Origin: Ketobacteraceae bacterium
Lineage (GTDB): Bacteria > Pseudomonadota > Gammaproteobacteria > Pseudomonadales > Ketobacteraceae
Direction of reading: 5' to 3'
DNA length: 64,000 nt
Assembly: GCA_965222725.1 (NCBI GenBank)
Contig: OZ244969.1
Span: 1,111,939-1,175,938, forward strand
The position numbers were made by a program, and so were the translations under genes. Positions 8,270 to 18,258 of this stretch are shown here, in pieces. Positions within the stretch are counted from its first letter, which is position 1. Each line of letters starts with the position of its first letter. The notes below the pieces were generated by a model. It ran no database searches, was not told the DNA's origin, and worked only from the letters and a program-made list of their open reading frames with translations.

Positions 8270-10933
8270 TTAAAGACCTTTATTGAAAGGCAACCAGGAT
8301 CTGTTTTGCAGCTCCTGCCACAGGCGCAAGGTAAAAAGCGCATCCTGGTGGCCTTCGTGGCTGAAGGCGGTAAACAGGTCTTCCCAGTGGTTCAGTTCCC
8401 AGTAGCGATAGGGCGTTTGTATTACCATTACCTGGCCCTGGCTGCGGGTCGGAATGCAGCGCCCATAGGATTGCCCAAGAGCCGGATCCAGTGCTGCCAG
8501 CAAGCTGTCGGTATCCTGCGGGTGATCAATTCCCTTGCCATCCTTGTCATAGTCAAACTGCAGACAGTTGTCGGGTGCCATCACCTCGGTCAGCTGGCCG
8601 TTCTGATTATAGCTGCAGTTAATGCGCTTCCCGTCCGGGAATTTCAGTTGCAGCAACCTGCCCACCGGATCCCGGTGGAAACGCATCATTGAATTTTCGC
8701 CTTCGTTGCAGGCAATCAGCATACCACAGGCATCAAATTGCGGGTTGGGCATGGCGGTGGCGTTCTGGCCATCCGCTGACTTGCGCCCCGGTTGGGAATC
8801 CCCTTGTCCGGTATCGGCGGGTGGTTCGCTGTCCTGTAACAGTTCACCGGCATCGCTCCAGGTCAGTTCACGGCGCAACTCGCTATTAATCTGCACCGCA
8901 ACGGGCAATGGCGAATCCCGGTATTCATAGCGGTAACTGAGCCCGGAAGGAAAACGCACTTCCCGCACCCGCCCGCAGGAAAAATAGTCACACTCCCAGC
9001 TGTTGCCCAGAGCATCACAAAAGCTGATCGGTAACAGTTGTTCGTTGTAGATCAGGTTAAAACCGCCACCGGCAGGATCAAGATAAGCGGTAAGGTTGCC
9101 GAAGCCATCAAAGTAATACTGAAACTCGTTACCGGCAGGATTGCAGATACGTAACAGGCGGGCATCCGGTTCAAAATAATAATGGCTGGTGCCGCCACAG
9201 GCGTTGGTGTGCTCCGCCTCGCAAAGTTGCGGTGAAAGTTTTATCCGTTGTTGCCGTTGCTGTTGATCCTGCAGGGCGATCACGGTGGTGTTCTCTTTAT
9301 CCCGGTAGCTTTGCAGCTGCCAGTGAGAGCCGTTGGCGGATACCTGATCCGCTTGTATTTGTACCTCATTCCCGGTGTGGCTGCGCACAAGGGCCAAACA
9401 GTTATTTTGATAAGAGTATTGCTCCAGCGCACCCTGATAGTTTTCAGAACCAATCAGCTGGTGATGCTCATCATAGTGGTAGCGCACCAGACACAATGGC
9501 TGATGCTGTTGTCTGTTGAGCAGAATTTCCTGTAGTCGTGAGCCCTGGTATTGCAGGTGCAGCATCAGGCCGCGCTCGTTGCGCAAGGCCAGCAGGTGCT
9601 GGCCATCGGGCCCGTATTCACATTGCCAGAAATGGCCCTGGCTTTGGGTTATGCGTTCCAGCCGGCAACTGTGGCGCCCGCTGAATGTCATCAGGGGCTT
9701 ACTACGGAATTTCACCAGCCAGCGGGTGCCGCTCTCCCGGTAGAGTATGACCTGATGCTGACTGTTGCTGGCGAAGGTGCCGATGTCCGGTACCGGCAAG
9801 GTGCACTGCACGCCCTGGTGAAAGAAATGGGCGTGATTATTTCGGATATCCAGGCCAGCGGAAAACGGATGATACCAGCCGGCCCCCAGCGCAGAATCCT
9901 GCGGGGCATCACTGCTGTCGCAGGCCCAACCCCGTACCCAGGGCAGCGGCAACCTGCCGGGAATAACGAAGTCTTCCTTTTGCCAGTGGGTAGCTCCGGT
10001 GACCGGGTTTATGCAGTCTTCCAGATTGGAAAACGGCAGTTGGTGAGCCAGGCTGAGCAGATTGGGCTGTTCCCCTTCCGCGTAATGGTTAATGGCCAGA
10101 GCCCCGGCGCCCTGGGGTGGCACCTTCATCTGATGGGGCTGATTAACCGACACCCGGGCATAGCGCCGTGGGGCGCTGGCTTTCAGCACGGCGGCCACTT
10201 GTTGCAGGTTATCGGCCACGGCACAGGTCAGTTCGCTAAGCCCCGGGTATTCCTGTTTTGGCGTGGAAAGGCCAAGCGCCTTGCGCAGGGCGGCGGTCAG
10301 TATGGCATGGGGGTTGGCTGCGGGCAGCTCGCTGATAAAGCGTTGCAGACCGGTTTTGTGGGCGCTGTCCTGGGCCAGCAACAGCAGGGATTCTTGCAGG
10401 GCCCACCTCTGCTCCGGGGTGATTTCCTGATGGTTAGATCCTTGCAGCAGATAATCGATCCAGGGCTGCACCGACAGGGCGGGCATGACGGGTTTGAAGT
10501 ACTGATCCCAGAATTGTGTGGCCTGAGTCTGTTCAACCTGGATTCTCTCGGCCTGGATTTGTGCCGGCTCAGTCTGTGCCGGTTGCTGGTGCTGCAGGTG
10601 AACCCGGATACTGGCCAGGTTCTGGTCCAGGCTTTTCAGGGCTTCCTTGCGGTCGTTCCAGGCGTTGGGATCTGGCTGTGGCATCAGCAGCAGATCGTAA
10701 TGCCCTGCGATCGCCCGGTCTTCAAAAATCCGGCCCTGATGATCGGTAATGCCTTCGAGAACAATATCCGGATTGGCCTGGCTGATCAGGCGGTAAGGAA
10801 TGCCGGGTACCGGTGTCTGCTCCCTGTCGCCGAAATGATAGCGAATGCTCAGCCAGTGGTGGCGCTGTTCCAGGGGCATGGCCCGCAAGCGAGTGGGCTT
10901 GAGATTGGCGGTAATGGCAAAAGCTTTGAGCAT
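8270..10933 (-). CDS. YD (RHS-type) repeat-containing protein, 887 aa, atypical
   Basis: The C-terminal half has multiple YD-repeat signatures (RYHYDEHHQLIG, SYRYEYRD, RFHRDPVGRLLQLKFPDGKRINCSYNQNGQLTEV, QFDYDKDGKG). There is no signal peptide, no PxxxxDPxGL RHS core motif and no recognisable toxin tip. Confidence 0.55.
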   Translation of the reverse strand: MLKAFAITANLKPTRLRAMPLEQRHHWLSIRYHFGDREQTPVPGIPYRLISQANPDIVLEGITDHQGRIFEDRAIAGHYDLLLMPQPDPNAWNDRKEALKSLDQNLASIRVHLQHQQPAQTEPAQIQAERIQVEQTQATQFWDQYFKPVMPALSVQPWIDYLLQGSNHQEITPEQRWALQESLLLLAQDSAHKTGLQRFISELPAANPHAILTAALRKALGLSTPKQEYPGLSELTCAVADNLQQVAAVLKASAPRRYARVSVNQPHQMKVPPQGAGALAINHYAEGEQPNLLSLAHQLPFSNLEDCINPVTGATHWQKEDFVIPGRLPLPWVRGWACDSSDAPQDSALGAGWYHPFSAGLDIRNNHAHFFHQGVQCTLPVPDIGTFASNSQHQVILYRESGTRWLVKFRSKPLMTFSGRHSCRLERITQSQGHFWQCEYGPDGQHLLALRNERGLMLHLQYQGSRLQEILLNRQQHQPLCLVRYHYDEHHQLIGSENYQGALEQYSYQNNCLALVRSHTGNEVQIQADQVSANGSHWQLQSYRDKENTTVIALQDQQQRQQRIKLSPQLCEAEHTNACGGTSHYYFEPDARLLRICNPAGNEFQYYFDGFGNLTAYLDPAGGGFNLIYNEQLLPISFCDALGNSWECDYFSCGRVREVRFPSGLSYRYEYRDSPLPVAVQINSELRRELTWSDAGELLQDSEPPADTGQGDSQPGRKSADGQNATAMPNPQFDACGMLIACNEGENSMMRFHRDPVGRLLQLKFPDGKRINCSYNQNGQLTEVMAPDNCLQFDYDKDGKGIDHPQDTDSLLAALDPALGQSYGRCIPTRSQGQVMVIQTPYRYWELNHWEDLFTAFSHEGHQDALFTLRLWQELQNRSWLPFNKGL

Positions 10934-11017
10934 CGTATTAGTAGAAACTTATCGGCAGACTGTCGGGTTTTGTTTCTATAGAGACGATGGGGGAAAAAAG
11001 AATTGCCTGAAAATAAA

Positions 11018-12469
11018 TCAGTGGCGCCAGAACATGGGGGTAAAGAGTACCAGCAGGGTAAAGATTTCCAGCCGCCCCAGCAGCATGCTGAAGCACAGAA
11101 TCCACTTGGCGGTATCGCTGATGCTGCCGTAGTTGGCGGCCACGTCCTGCAAACCGGGGCCCAGGTTGTTGAGGCAGGCAGCAACGGCAGAAAAGGCCGT
11201 GACAAAATCCATTCCCGTGGCGGCTACCGCCAGAAAGAGTACGCAGAAACTCATCAGGTACACACCAAAAAATCCCCACACCGCTTCCACCACGCGATCC
11301 GGCACGGCCTTGTTGTTCAGCTTGATTATCATCACCGCATTGGGGTGTATCAGGCGGCGCATTTCCCGCAGTCCCTGTTTGAAAATCAAATGTACCCGGA
11401 TGGCTTTGACGCCGCCGCCGGTGGAACCGGCACAGGCACCGATAAAGCTGCCCATAATAAGGGCTACCGCAATTACCGGTGGCCAGTTGGCAAAGTCGGC
11501 GGTGGCGTAGCCGGTGGTGGTGGCAATGGACACCGTCTGAAAGAGTGCATGACGAAAGGCCAGATAGGTGTCGTCATACTGGTTGAACATCATCAGCGCC
11601 ACAAAGGTGAACAGGGAAATGGCCGCCATTACCCCGATATAAAAACGGAATTCAGGATCGGTAAAATAATGGGACACGCTGCGATGGCGCCAGGCAATAA
11701 AGTGCAGCCCGAAATTAATCCCCGCCAGCAACATGAAAAACACGGTAATAAATTCAATCGCCGCATTATCAAAAAAACCGATGCTGGCATCGTGCGTGGA
11801 AAAACCACCAATGGCCACGGTGGAAAAACTGTGGGTGATGGCATCGAAGGCATCCATGCCCGCCAGAAAATAACTGACGGCACAAATGAGTGTCAGGGAC
11901 ACATAGATCATCCATAGCGCTTTGGCGGTTTCTGCAATCCGTGGTGTGAGCTTGTTGTCCTTGATGGGGCCCGGGGTTTCGGCACGGTATAACTGCATGC
12001 CACCAATGCCCAGCATGGGCAGAATGGCCACCGCCAGTACGATAATCCCCATACCGCCCAGCCATTGCAGCTGTTGCCGGTAATAGAGTACGGATTTGGG
12101 CAGGTCATCAATATGGGTGAGTACAGTGGCACCGGTGGTGGTGAGCCCGGAAATGGATTCAAACACCGCATCGGTAATGGGCATGTGGGGGGATTCCCCC
12201 AGAATAAAGGGAATGGAACCGTACAATCCCAGCACCGTCCAGAATAATACCACCACAACGAAACCGTCGCGCACCCGCAGATCGTCCTTCACATTGTGGA
12301 CGGGCAGCCAGCACACCATGCCGGATAGCAGGGTAATGGCAAAGGCCGCCAGAAACTGCATCTGGCCACCGTCGCCGTAAATCAGGGCTACCACCACCGG
12401 CGGCAACATGGTGGCACTGTACACCATGAGCAAAACGCCAAGTATGCGAAGGATAATCGCCGGATGCAT
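11018..12469 (-). CDS. trkH: Trk system potassium uptake protein TrkH
   Basis: 483-aa polytopic membrane protein. The N-terminus MHPAIILRILGVLLMVYSATMLPP and the GG-containing selectivity-like repeats are typical of TrkH. Adjacent to trkA. Confidence 0.85.
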   Translation of the reverse strand: MHPAIILRILGVLLMVYSATMLPPVVVALIYGDGGQMQFLAAFAITLLSGMVCWLPVHNVKDDLRVRDGFVVVVLFWTVLGLYGSIPFILGESPHMPITDAVFESISGLTTTGATVLTHIDDLPKSVLYYRQQLQWLGGMGIIVLAVAILPMLGIGGMQLYRAETPGPIKDNKLTPRIAETAKALWMIYVSLTLICAVSYFLAGMDAFDAITHSFSTVAIGGFSTHDASIGFFDNAAIEFITVFFMLLAGINFGLHFIAWRHRSVSHYFTDPEFRFYIGVMAAISLFTFVALMMFNQYDDTYLAFRHALFQTVSIATTTGYATADFANWPPVIAVALIMGSFIGACAGSTGGGVKAIRVHLIFKQGLREMRRLIHPNAVMIIKLNNKAVPDRVVEAVWGFFGVYLMSFCVLFLAVAATGMDFVTAFSAVAACLNNLGPGLQDVAANYGSISDTAKWILCFSMLLGRLEIFTLLVLFTPMFWRH

Positions 12470-12484
12470 GCTGCCCCTTAAATG

Positions 12485-13858
12485 CTAGAAGAAAGTAATG
12501 CCCACCTGGAACAAACGCTCGACGTCGCTGATGCGGCGTTTATCCACCAGGAACAGAATCACGTGATCATCGGACTGCACCACAATATCATCGTGGGCAA
12601 TCAGTACTTCGTTGCCGCGTACAATGGCGCCGATGGTGGTGCCTTCCGGCAGATCAATTTCACCGATGGCCTTGCCCACCACCTTGGAAGATTTTTCATC
12701 GCCGTGGGCAATCGCCTCTATGGCTTCTGCCGCACCCCGGCGCAGGGAATGCACATTCACCACATCACCGCGGCGTACATGGGTGAGCAGACTGCCGATG
12801 GTGGCTTGCTGCGGCGAAATGGCGATATCAATATCACCGCCCTGTACCAGATCCACATAGGCAGGGTTATTAATCAGCGTCATTACCTTGCGGGCCCCCA
12901 GGCGTTTGGCCAGCATGGAGGACATGATGTTGGCTTCGTCATCATTGGTTACCGCCAGAAACACATCAGCGTCTTCCACGTTTTCTTCCAGCAGCAGATC
13001 CTGATCCGATGCGTTGCCGCGAATCACAATGGTTTTGTTCAGGCCTTCCGCCAGTGACTGGCACCGCCCCTGATTGCGTTCAATCATCTTGACCTGATAG
13101 CGGCCTTCCACCGCTTCTGCCAGGCGTTGGCCGATGTTGCCGCCACCGGCAATAATAATACGCTTGTAGTTGTGTTCCAGGCCCCGCAGTTCACTCATCA
13201 CCGCGCGGATATGATTTTTGGCGGCGATAAAAAACACTTCATCGTCGGCTTCGATCACGGTGGTGCCTTCCGGCATGATGGCGCGGTCGCGACGGAAAAT
13301 GGCCGCCACCCGGGTATCCACATTGGGCATGTGCTGGCGCAGATAACGCAACTCACGGCCCACCAGCGGGCCGTTGTAATAAGCGCGAACCGCCACCAGC
13401 TGAATGGCGCTTTCGGCAAAGTCCAGTACCTGCAGGGCGCCGGGGTGTTCGATCAATCGCTTGATGTAGTTGGTCACCACCTGTTCCGGGCTGATGATCA
13501 CATCAATAGGAAAGGCTTCGTTGCCGAACAGGCCGGTGCGGTTGAGATAACTGTTAGCCCGGACCCGGGCAATCTTGGTGGGTGTGCGGTGCAGGGAATA
13601 GGCAACCTGACAGGCCACCATATTGATTTCGTCACTGTTGGTGACGGCAATCAGCATGTCGGCATCATCGGCGCCCGCTTGCTTTAAAACATGGGGGTAA
13701 GAGGCCATGCCCTGAACGGTGCGGATATCACAGCGTTCCTGCAGTTCGTGCAGGCGTTCGGAGTCGGTGTCCACCACGGTAATATCGTTGTGCTCACTGG
13801 CCAGGTTTGCAGCCAGTGTTCCCCCAACCTGTCCGGCGCCAAGAATAATTATTTTCAT
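12485..13858 (-). CDS. trkA: Trk system potassium uptake protein TrkA (tandem NAD-binding Rossmann/RCK domains)
   Basis: [16 protein letters not shown] and a second [10 protein letters not shown] Rossmann motif. 457 aa. Conserved position next to rsmB. Confidence 0.9.
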   Translation of the reverse strand: MKIIILGAGQVGGTLAANLASEHNDITVVDTDSERLHELQERCDIRTVQGMASYPHVLKQAGADDADMLIAVTNSDEINMVACQVAYSLHRTPTKIARVRANSYLNRTGLFGNEAFPIDVIISPEQVVTNYIKRLIEHPGALQVLDFAESAIQLVAVRAYYNGPLVGRELRYLRQHMPNVDTRVAAIFRRDRAIMPEGTTVIEADDEVFFIAAKNHIRAVMSELRGLEHNYKRIIIAGGGNIGQRLAEAVEGRYQVKMIERNQGRCQSLAEGLNKTIVIRGNASDQDLLLEENVEDADVFLAVTNDDEANIMSSMLAKRLGARKVMTLINNPAYVDLVQGGDIDIAISPQQATIGSLLTHVRRGDVVNVHSLRRGAAEAIEAIAHGDEKSSKVVGKAIGEIDLPEGTTIGAIVRGNEVLIAHDDIVVQSDDHVILFLVDKRRISDVERLFQVGITFF

Positions 13859-13914
13859 ACGAGTAACGCTGGGTTATCACCCATCCAGCTGATGATTATG
13901 GGTAGAATAGCAGC

Positions 13915-15300
13915 TCAGTCCGCTTGCTGCTGCGAAGCCTGCGCAGTGACTTTACGCAATTTTGCATAATAAAACCCGTCGCTGCCACCGCTTTCCGGTA
14001 ATAACTGCCGGCCGGCCAGTACATTCACTTGTTGCAGGCGCTGCTTTTCATCGCTTTTAAGCACAATGATATCTTCACTGGCGGTGGTTTCTGTTTTCAG
14101 AAACTGGTTGATCACCCGTTCGTTTTCCTGTGGCAGAATCGAACAGGTGGCATACAGCAGGGTGCCGCCCTGTTTGAGTAATGGCCAGCAGGCCTGCAGC
14201 AGTTGCAGTTGTGTTGCTGCCAGGGCGTTAATGTCCTTGCGCTTGCGTAGCCATTTAATATCCGGGTGGCGACGAATGACCCCGGTGGCGGAACAGGGGA
14301 CATCCAGCAGGATGCGATCAAACTGTGTGCCCTGTTGTCTGGCGGATTCACAGAAAGCGAGCAGATCTTCGCACACCAGCCTGGCCGACAGTTGTAACCG
14401 GGAAAGGTTTTCCTCGATCCGTTCCATGCGTTTAGCGTCATTATCCACCGCTATCAGTTCCGCCAGCTCCGGCTGCTTTTCAAGTAAGTGGGTGGTTTTA
14501 CCGCCGGGTGCTGCACAGGCATCCAGTACCTTGTCGCCCGGTTGCGGGTCCAGAATCCAGGCAGCCAGTTGCGCGGCCTCATCCTGCACGCTGCAGGTGC
14601 CCTCACTGAACCCGGGCAATGCCAATACATCCGCTGGCTGTTCCAGAATCAGGGCACTGGGTGACAGTTCACTGGTGCGGGCACTGATACGGGCCTGCTG
14701 TAGTTGCTTGAGGTAGGCATCGCGGTTCAGCTGGCGTGTGTTTACCCGCAGGGTCATGGGGCCGGGTTCATTATTGGCGGCGAGAATGTTTTCCCAGCGG
14801 TCGGGCCAGGCGGTTTTCAGCATATCCACCAGCCAGCCAGGGTGAGAATAGGTAACGGCAGGGGAGCGGCTGATGGCATCCGTCAGGGATTGCTTCTCCC
14901 TTTGGGCGCGACGCAGCATGCCGTTGAGCACTTTTACCGCCCAGGTCTTTTTCAGTTGCCGGGCCCCTTCCACGGTTTCGGAAATGGCGGCGTGATCGGG
15001 AATCCGCAGGTAGTAAAGCTGGAACAGGCCCACCAGTAACAGGGCGTGCAGGTCACTGTCCTTGGCTTTGAAGGGCTGGCGGATCAGCTGATTGGCGATC
15101 TGATCCAGCCAGGTGAACTGGCGGCACACACCAAAGCACAGGGCCTGCACCAGGCCGCGGTCTTCCGGGGCAGCCTGGTCCAGTACCTGCGGCAGCACAT
15201 CATTCAGGGAGCGCCCCTGAAAAGCGTCCTTGCGGCTGGCTCGGCTAAGTGGCAGCACTTTGGTCAGTGCCAGGGCGGCAGTGGCGCGGCTATTCATCAT
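13915..15300 (-). CDS. rsmB: 16S rRNA (cytosine967-C5)-methyltransferase RsmB (Sun)
   Basis: An N-terminal NusB-like domain plus a C-terminal SAM methyltransferase (DACAAPGGKT, PCSATGVIRRHPD), in the conserved fmt-rsmB-trkA order. Confidence 0.85.
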   Translation of the reverse strand: MMNSRATAALALTKVLPLSRASRKDAFQGRSLNDVLPQVLDQAAPEDRGLVQALCFGVCRQFTWLDQIANQLIRQPFKAKDSDLHALLLVGLFQLYYLRIPDHAAISETVEGARQLKKTWAVKVLNGMLRRAQREKQSLTDAISRSPAVTYSHPGWLVDMLKTAWPDRWENILAANNEPGPMTLRVNTRQLNRDAYLKQLQQARISARTSELSPSALILEQPADVLALPGFSEGTCSVQDEAAQLAAWILDPQPGDKVLDACAAPGGKTTHLLEKQPELAELIAVDNDAKRMERIEENLSRLQLSARLVCEDLLAFCESARQQGTQFDRILLDVPCSATGVIRRHPDIKWLRKRKDINALAATQLQLLQACWPLLKQGGTLLYATCSILPQENERVINQFLKTETTASEDIIVLKSDEKQRLQQVNVLAGRQLLPESGGSDGFYYAKLRKVTAQASQQQAD

Positions 15301-15313
15301 CCATCAGAATCCA

Positions 15314-16258
15314 TTAGCCCAAAAGAGCGCCGGGCTGGAACAGGTCCCGCTTGGCATTCAGGATGTCGGCTACAGAGAGTGCTTTGGCTCCGGGCAGTTG
15401 CAGCTTGGTAAGTGCTAACACACCGCTTCCTGTGGCTACCTGAATACCGTCCTTATCGGCCCCCAGAATCTCCCCGGGAGCGCCTTTGTCCTTGCGTTCC
15501 AGCAAGCGCGAGCCGTGAACCCGCAACACCTGATCGCCGATGCGGGTATGGGCCACCGGCCAGGGGGACAGCCCCCGAATCTTGTCGTGAAGGCTGGCCG
15601 CGGAATCCAGCCAGTCCAGCGCACCCTCTTCCTTGCTGAGCTTGTGGGCATAGTTGGCCAGGGTGTCGTCCTGGGGCTCCGGTGTAATCTTGCCTGCCGC
15701 GATCCGGTCAAGGGCTTCCACACAGGCTTCGGCACCCAGCAGCGCCAGGCGGTCGTGCAGGTCGCCGGCGGTTTCATTGGGGCCGATGGGGGTGACTTTT
15801 TTCAGCAGCATATCACCGGTATCCAGGCCGGCATCCATCTGCATGATGGTGACCCCGGTTTCGCTGTCGCCGGCGGCAATGGCCCGCTGAATCGGTGCGG
15901 CGCCGCGCCAGCGGGGCAACAGCGAGGCGTGTACGTTAATACAGCCCAACCGGGGAGTATCCAGCACTGCCTGGGGCAGCAGCAGGCCATACGCCACCAC
16001 CACCATCAGGTCCGCCTGCAGGGCTTTCAGGGCCTCTACATCCGCCGGATCCTTGAAATTCTGGGGCTGGTAAACGGGAATCTCATGCTGCAGTGCCAGC
16101 TGCTTGACCGGGCTGGCGGTCAGCTTGCGGCCGCGGCCTGCCGGCCGGTCCGGCTGGGTGTAGGCAGCGATCACCTGGTGTTCGGATTCAAGAATAGCTG
16201 CCATGACACGCTCGGCAAAATCCGGCGTGCCTGCGAATACAATCTTCAGGGAATTCAA
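15314..16258 (-). CDS. fmt: Methionyl-tRNA formyltransferase
   Basis: [13 protein letters not shown]-terminus and an [10 protein letters not shown]-type formyltransferase motif. The six-frame ORF (to 16363) over-extends through the def stop. The likely start is a TTG/CTG about 4-13 nt downstream of the def stop. Confidence 0.85.
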   Translation of the reverse strand: MNSLKIVFAGTPDFAERVMAAILESEHQVIAAYTQPDRPAGRGRKLTASPVKQLALQHEIPVYQPQNFKDPADVEALKALQADLMVVVAYGLLLPQAVLDTPRLGCINVHASLLPRWRGAAPIQRAIAAGDSETGVTIMQMDAGLDTGDMLLKKVTPIGPNETAGDLHDRLALLGAEACVEALDRIAAGKITPEPQDDTLANYAHKLSKEEGALDWLDSAASLHDKIRGLSPWPVAHTRIGDQVLRVHGSRLLERKDKGAPGEILGADKDGIQVATGSGVLALTKLQLPGAKALSVADILNAKRDLFQPGALLG

Positions 16259-16262
16259 ACTG

Positions 16263-16790
16263 TTAGGTCTCCTGGCGTGCTTTGACCTTGGTGCGTTGCT
16301 TCTGAGAGCGAACCAGCTTGCTGCGGATACGTTCGCGTTTGAGTTTGGAGATATGATCCACAAAGAGTTTGCCGTCTAAATGGTCAATTTCGTGCTGGAT
16401 ACACACCGACAGCAGGCCGTCGCACTCCATTTCGTAGGGTTCCCCGTGGCGGTCCAGGGCTTTCAGCAGAATCTTTTCCGCCCGCTCCACGGTTTCATAG
16501 TAACCGGGTACCGACAGGCAGCCTTCGTCGTACTCCTGCTTGCCATCGATCACTTCATATTCAGGATTGATTAGCACCATCGGCTGATTCTTTTCCTCAG
16601 AGATATCAATCACAATAAGGCGCTTGTGGACATTCACCTGAGTGGCCGCCAGACCGATGCCGGGGGCCTCATACATGGTCTCCAGCATGTCTTCCGCCAG
16701 TTTGCGAATCCCATCATCAACTTCACTGATGGGTTTTGCTACAGTTCGCAGCCGAGGATCCGGAAATTCAAGGATTTCGAGTAAAGCCAT
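16263..16790 (-). CDS. def: Peptide deformylase
   Basis: [17 protein letters not shown] and HEIDHLDG motifs. 175 aa. Confidence 0.9.
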   Translation of the reverse strand: MALLEILEFPDPRLRTVAKPISEVDDGIRKLAEDMLETMYEAPGIGLAATQVNVHKRLIVIDISEEKNQPMVLINPEYEVIDGKQEYDEGCLSVPGYYETVERAEKILLKALDRHGEPYEMECDGLLSVCIQHEIDHLDGKLFVDHISKLKRERIRSKLVRSQKQRTKVKARQET

Positions 16791-17067
16791 CTTGCGTATT
16801 AAACTTTTACCGGTTGCAGTTAAAAAATAATGACAAAAAGCTTGCTAAGCTATTGTGATATACGAGATTTTTGACGATCCTTAATCTCATCGACCAGGCA
16901 CGTGAGCGTGACTAAGTTGGCTATTCTAGCGGAAGTCGGTTGATTAAGGGAAATTTCGTGAAATTACCGTCTATTATAAAGAGTTAAGGTAATAAGATTA
17001 CTGAGGTTATCGGAAGTTAGCGCCCAAAATCCCTAGATTTGGCTATGACAAAACAAAGGATCAAACA

Positions 17068-18114
17068 ATGATAAAATCGATTCTCAAACTGGCGGGTGCA
17101 GCGGTATTGGGGTTATCCATCAATGCTCAGGCTGCGGAATTGCGCCCGGGTCACCCGGATTCATACAACGTGAAAGAGGGTGACACCCTTTGGGATATCT
17201 CCAGTGCCTTTTTGCGCGATCCCTGGTTATGGCCCGAACTCTGGCACGTTAACCCGCAGATCGATAATCCCCATCTGATCTACCCCGGTGACACCATCAA
17301 GCTGGTGTATATCGACGGCAAACCCGCCTTTCAGGTAACCCGCGGCAACCGTACCATCAAGTACAATGCCGGTGATACCGTCAAGCTGACCCCTCAGGCC
17401 CGCATCACCCCGCTGGATACGGTGATCCCTGCCATTCCCCTGGAATACATCCAGCCGTTTCTGGTGGATAACCGGGTACTGACCCTGGAAGAGCTGGAAA
17501 CCGCCCCCTATATCGTGGCCGGTGATGAGCAACACATTCTGATGGGTGCCGGCGATTACGCCTACGCCCGGGGCGACTGGTCCAATCCCGAGCGGGCCTA
17601 CGGTATTTACCGTAAAGGCATTATTTATGTGGATCCCCAGTCGGAAGAAATCCTGGGTACCGGCGCGGAAGAGATCGGTATCGCCCGCTTTGAAAATTCC
17701 GAAGGTGATATCGGCCGTCTGAAGCTCACCACCTCCACATCAGATGCCCGTATTGACGACCGCCTGCTGCCCACTGAAGAAAGAAAAGTTAACTCCACCT
17801 TCTACCCCAAAGCACCGGATACCGAAGTGGATGGCCAGATCATTCACGTGTTCAGCGGCGTACGTAATGTAAGCCAGTGGAACGTGGTGGTACTGAACCG
17901 CGGTGATCGTGACGGAATTGAAGTGGGCGATGTACTGGCCATCTTCTCCCAGGGCGAAGTGGTGAAAGACCGCAACACCAACGAACGTATCAAACTGCCT
18001 GACCAGCGTCGTGGCATCCTGATGGTGTTCCGTACTTTCGACAAGGTGGCCTACGGTCTGATCCTGCGTAGTAGCGCACCGTTGAAAGTGCTGGATGCGG
18101 TGCGGAATCCCTAG
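17068..18114 (+). CDS. LysM peptidoglycan-binding domain protein (TsaP-like, type IV pilus secretin-associated)
   Basis: Signal peptide plus a LysM motif (YNVKEGDTLWDIS). Divergent from def, as for Pseudomonas PA0020/TsaP, which sits next to dprA in core synteny. Confidence 0.7.
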   Translation: MIKSILKLAGAAVLGLSINAQAAELRPGHPDSYNVKEGDTLWDISSAFLRDPWLWPELWHVNPQIDNPHLIYPGDTIKLVYIDGKPAFQVTRGNRTIKYNAGDTVKLTPQARITPLDTVIPAIPLEYIQPFLVDNRVLTLEELETAPYIVAGDEQHILMGAGDYAYARGDWSNPERAYGIYRKGIIYVDPQSEEILGTGAEEIGIARFENSEGDIGRLKLTTSTSDARIDDRLLPTEERKVNSTFYPKAPDTEVDGQIIHVFSGVRNVSQWNVVVLNRGDRDGIEVGDVLAIFSQGEVVKDRNTNERIKLPDQRRGILMVFRTFDKVAYGLILRSSAPLKVLDAVRNP

Positions 18115-18140
18115 TCTGCCAAATCATTTGTATTTCCAGA

Positions 18141-18170
18141 AAACGGCTCCCATGTGGAGCCGTTTTTTAT
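18141..18170 (+). terminator. Rho-independent terminator after the TsaP-like gene
   Basis: AAACGGCTCC-catgt-GGAGCCGTTTTTTAT. Confidence 0.6.
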
Positions 18171-18258
18171 TTCCCCAAATTAATTTCTGCAATTCTTTTA
18201 CCGCTGCCTGTCTCTGTGTGCTGATAAAGGACGTTAACTTGCCTAACAGGAGTAAGCC

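Noticed and set aside
9551-10981. 476-aa plus-strand ORF antisense to the YD-repeat gene
   Set aside because: It overlaps the YD-repeat protein, which has recognisable repeat motifs. Its composition (Gln/Gly/Leu/Pro rich) is typical of antisense translation of a GC-rich gene.
11003-11917. 304-aa plus-strand ORF antisense to trkH
   Set aside because: trkH on the minus strand is unambiguous. The antisense ORF is His/Gly-rich low-complexity sequence.
15314-16363. Full 349-aa track ORF for fmt, which reads into def
   Set aside because: The N-terminal 35 residues overlap the def coding region in another frame. The conserved Fmt N-terminus begins just after the def stop, so the gene is trimmed to about 16258.
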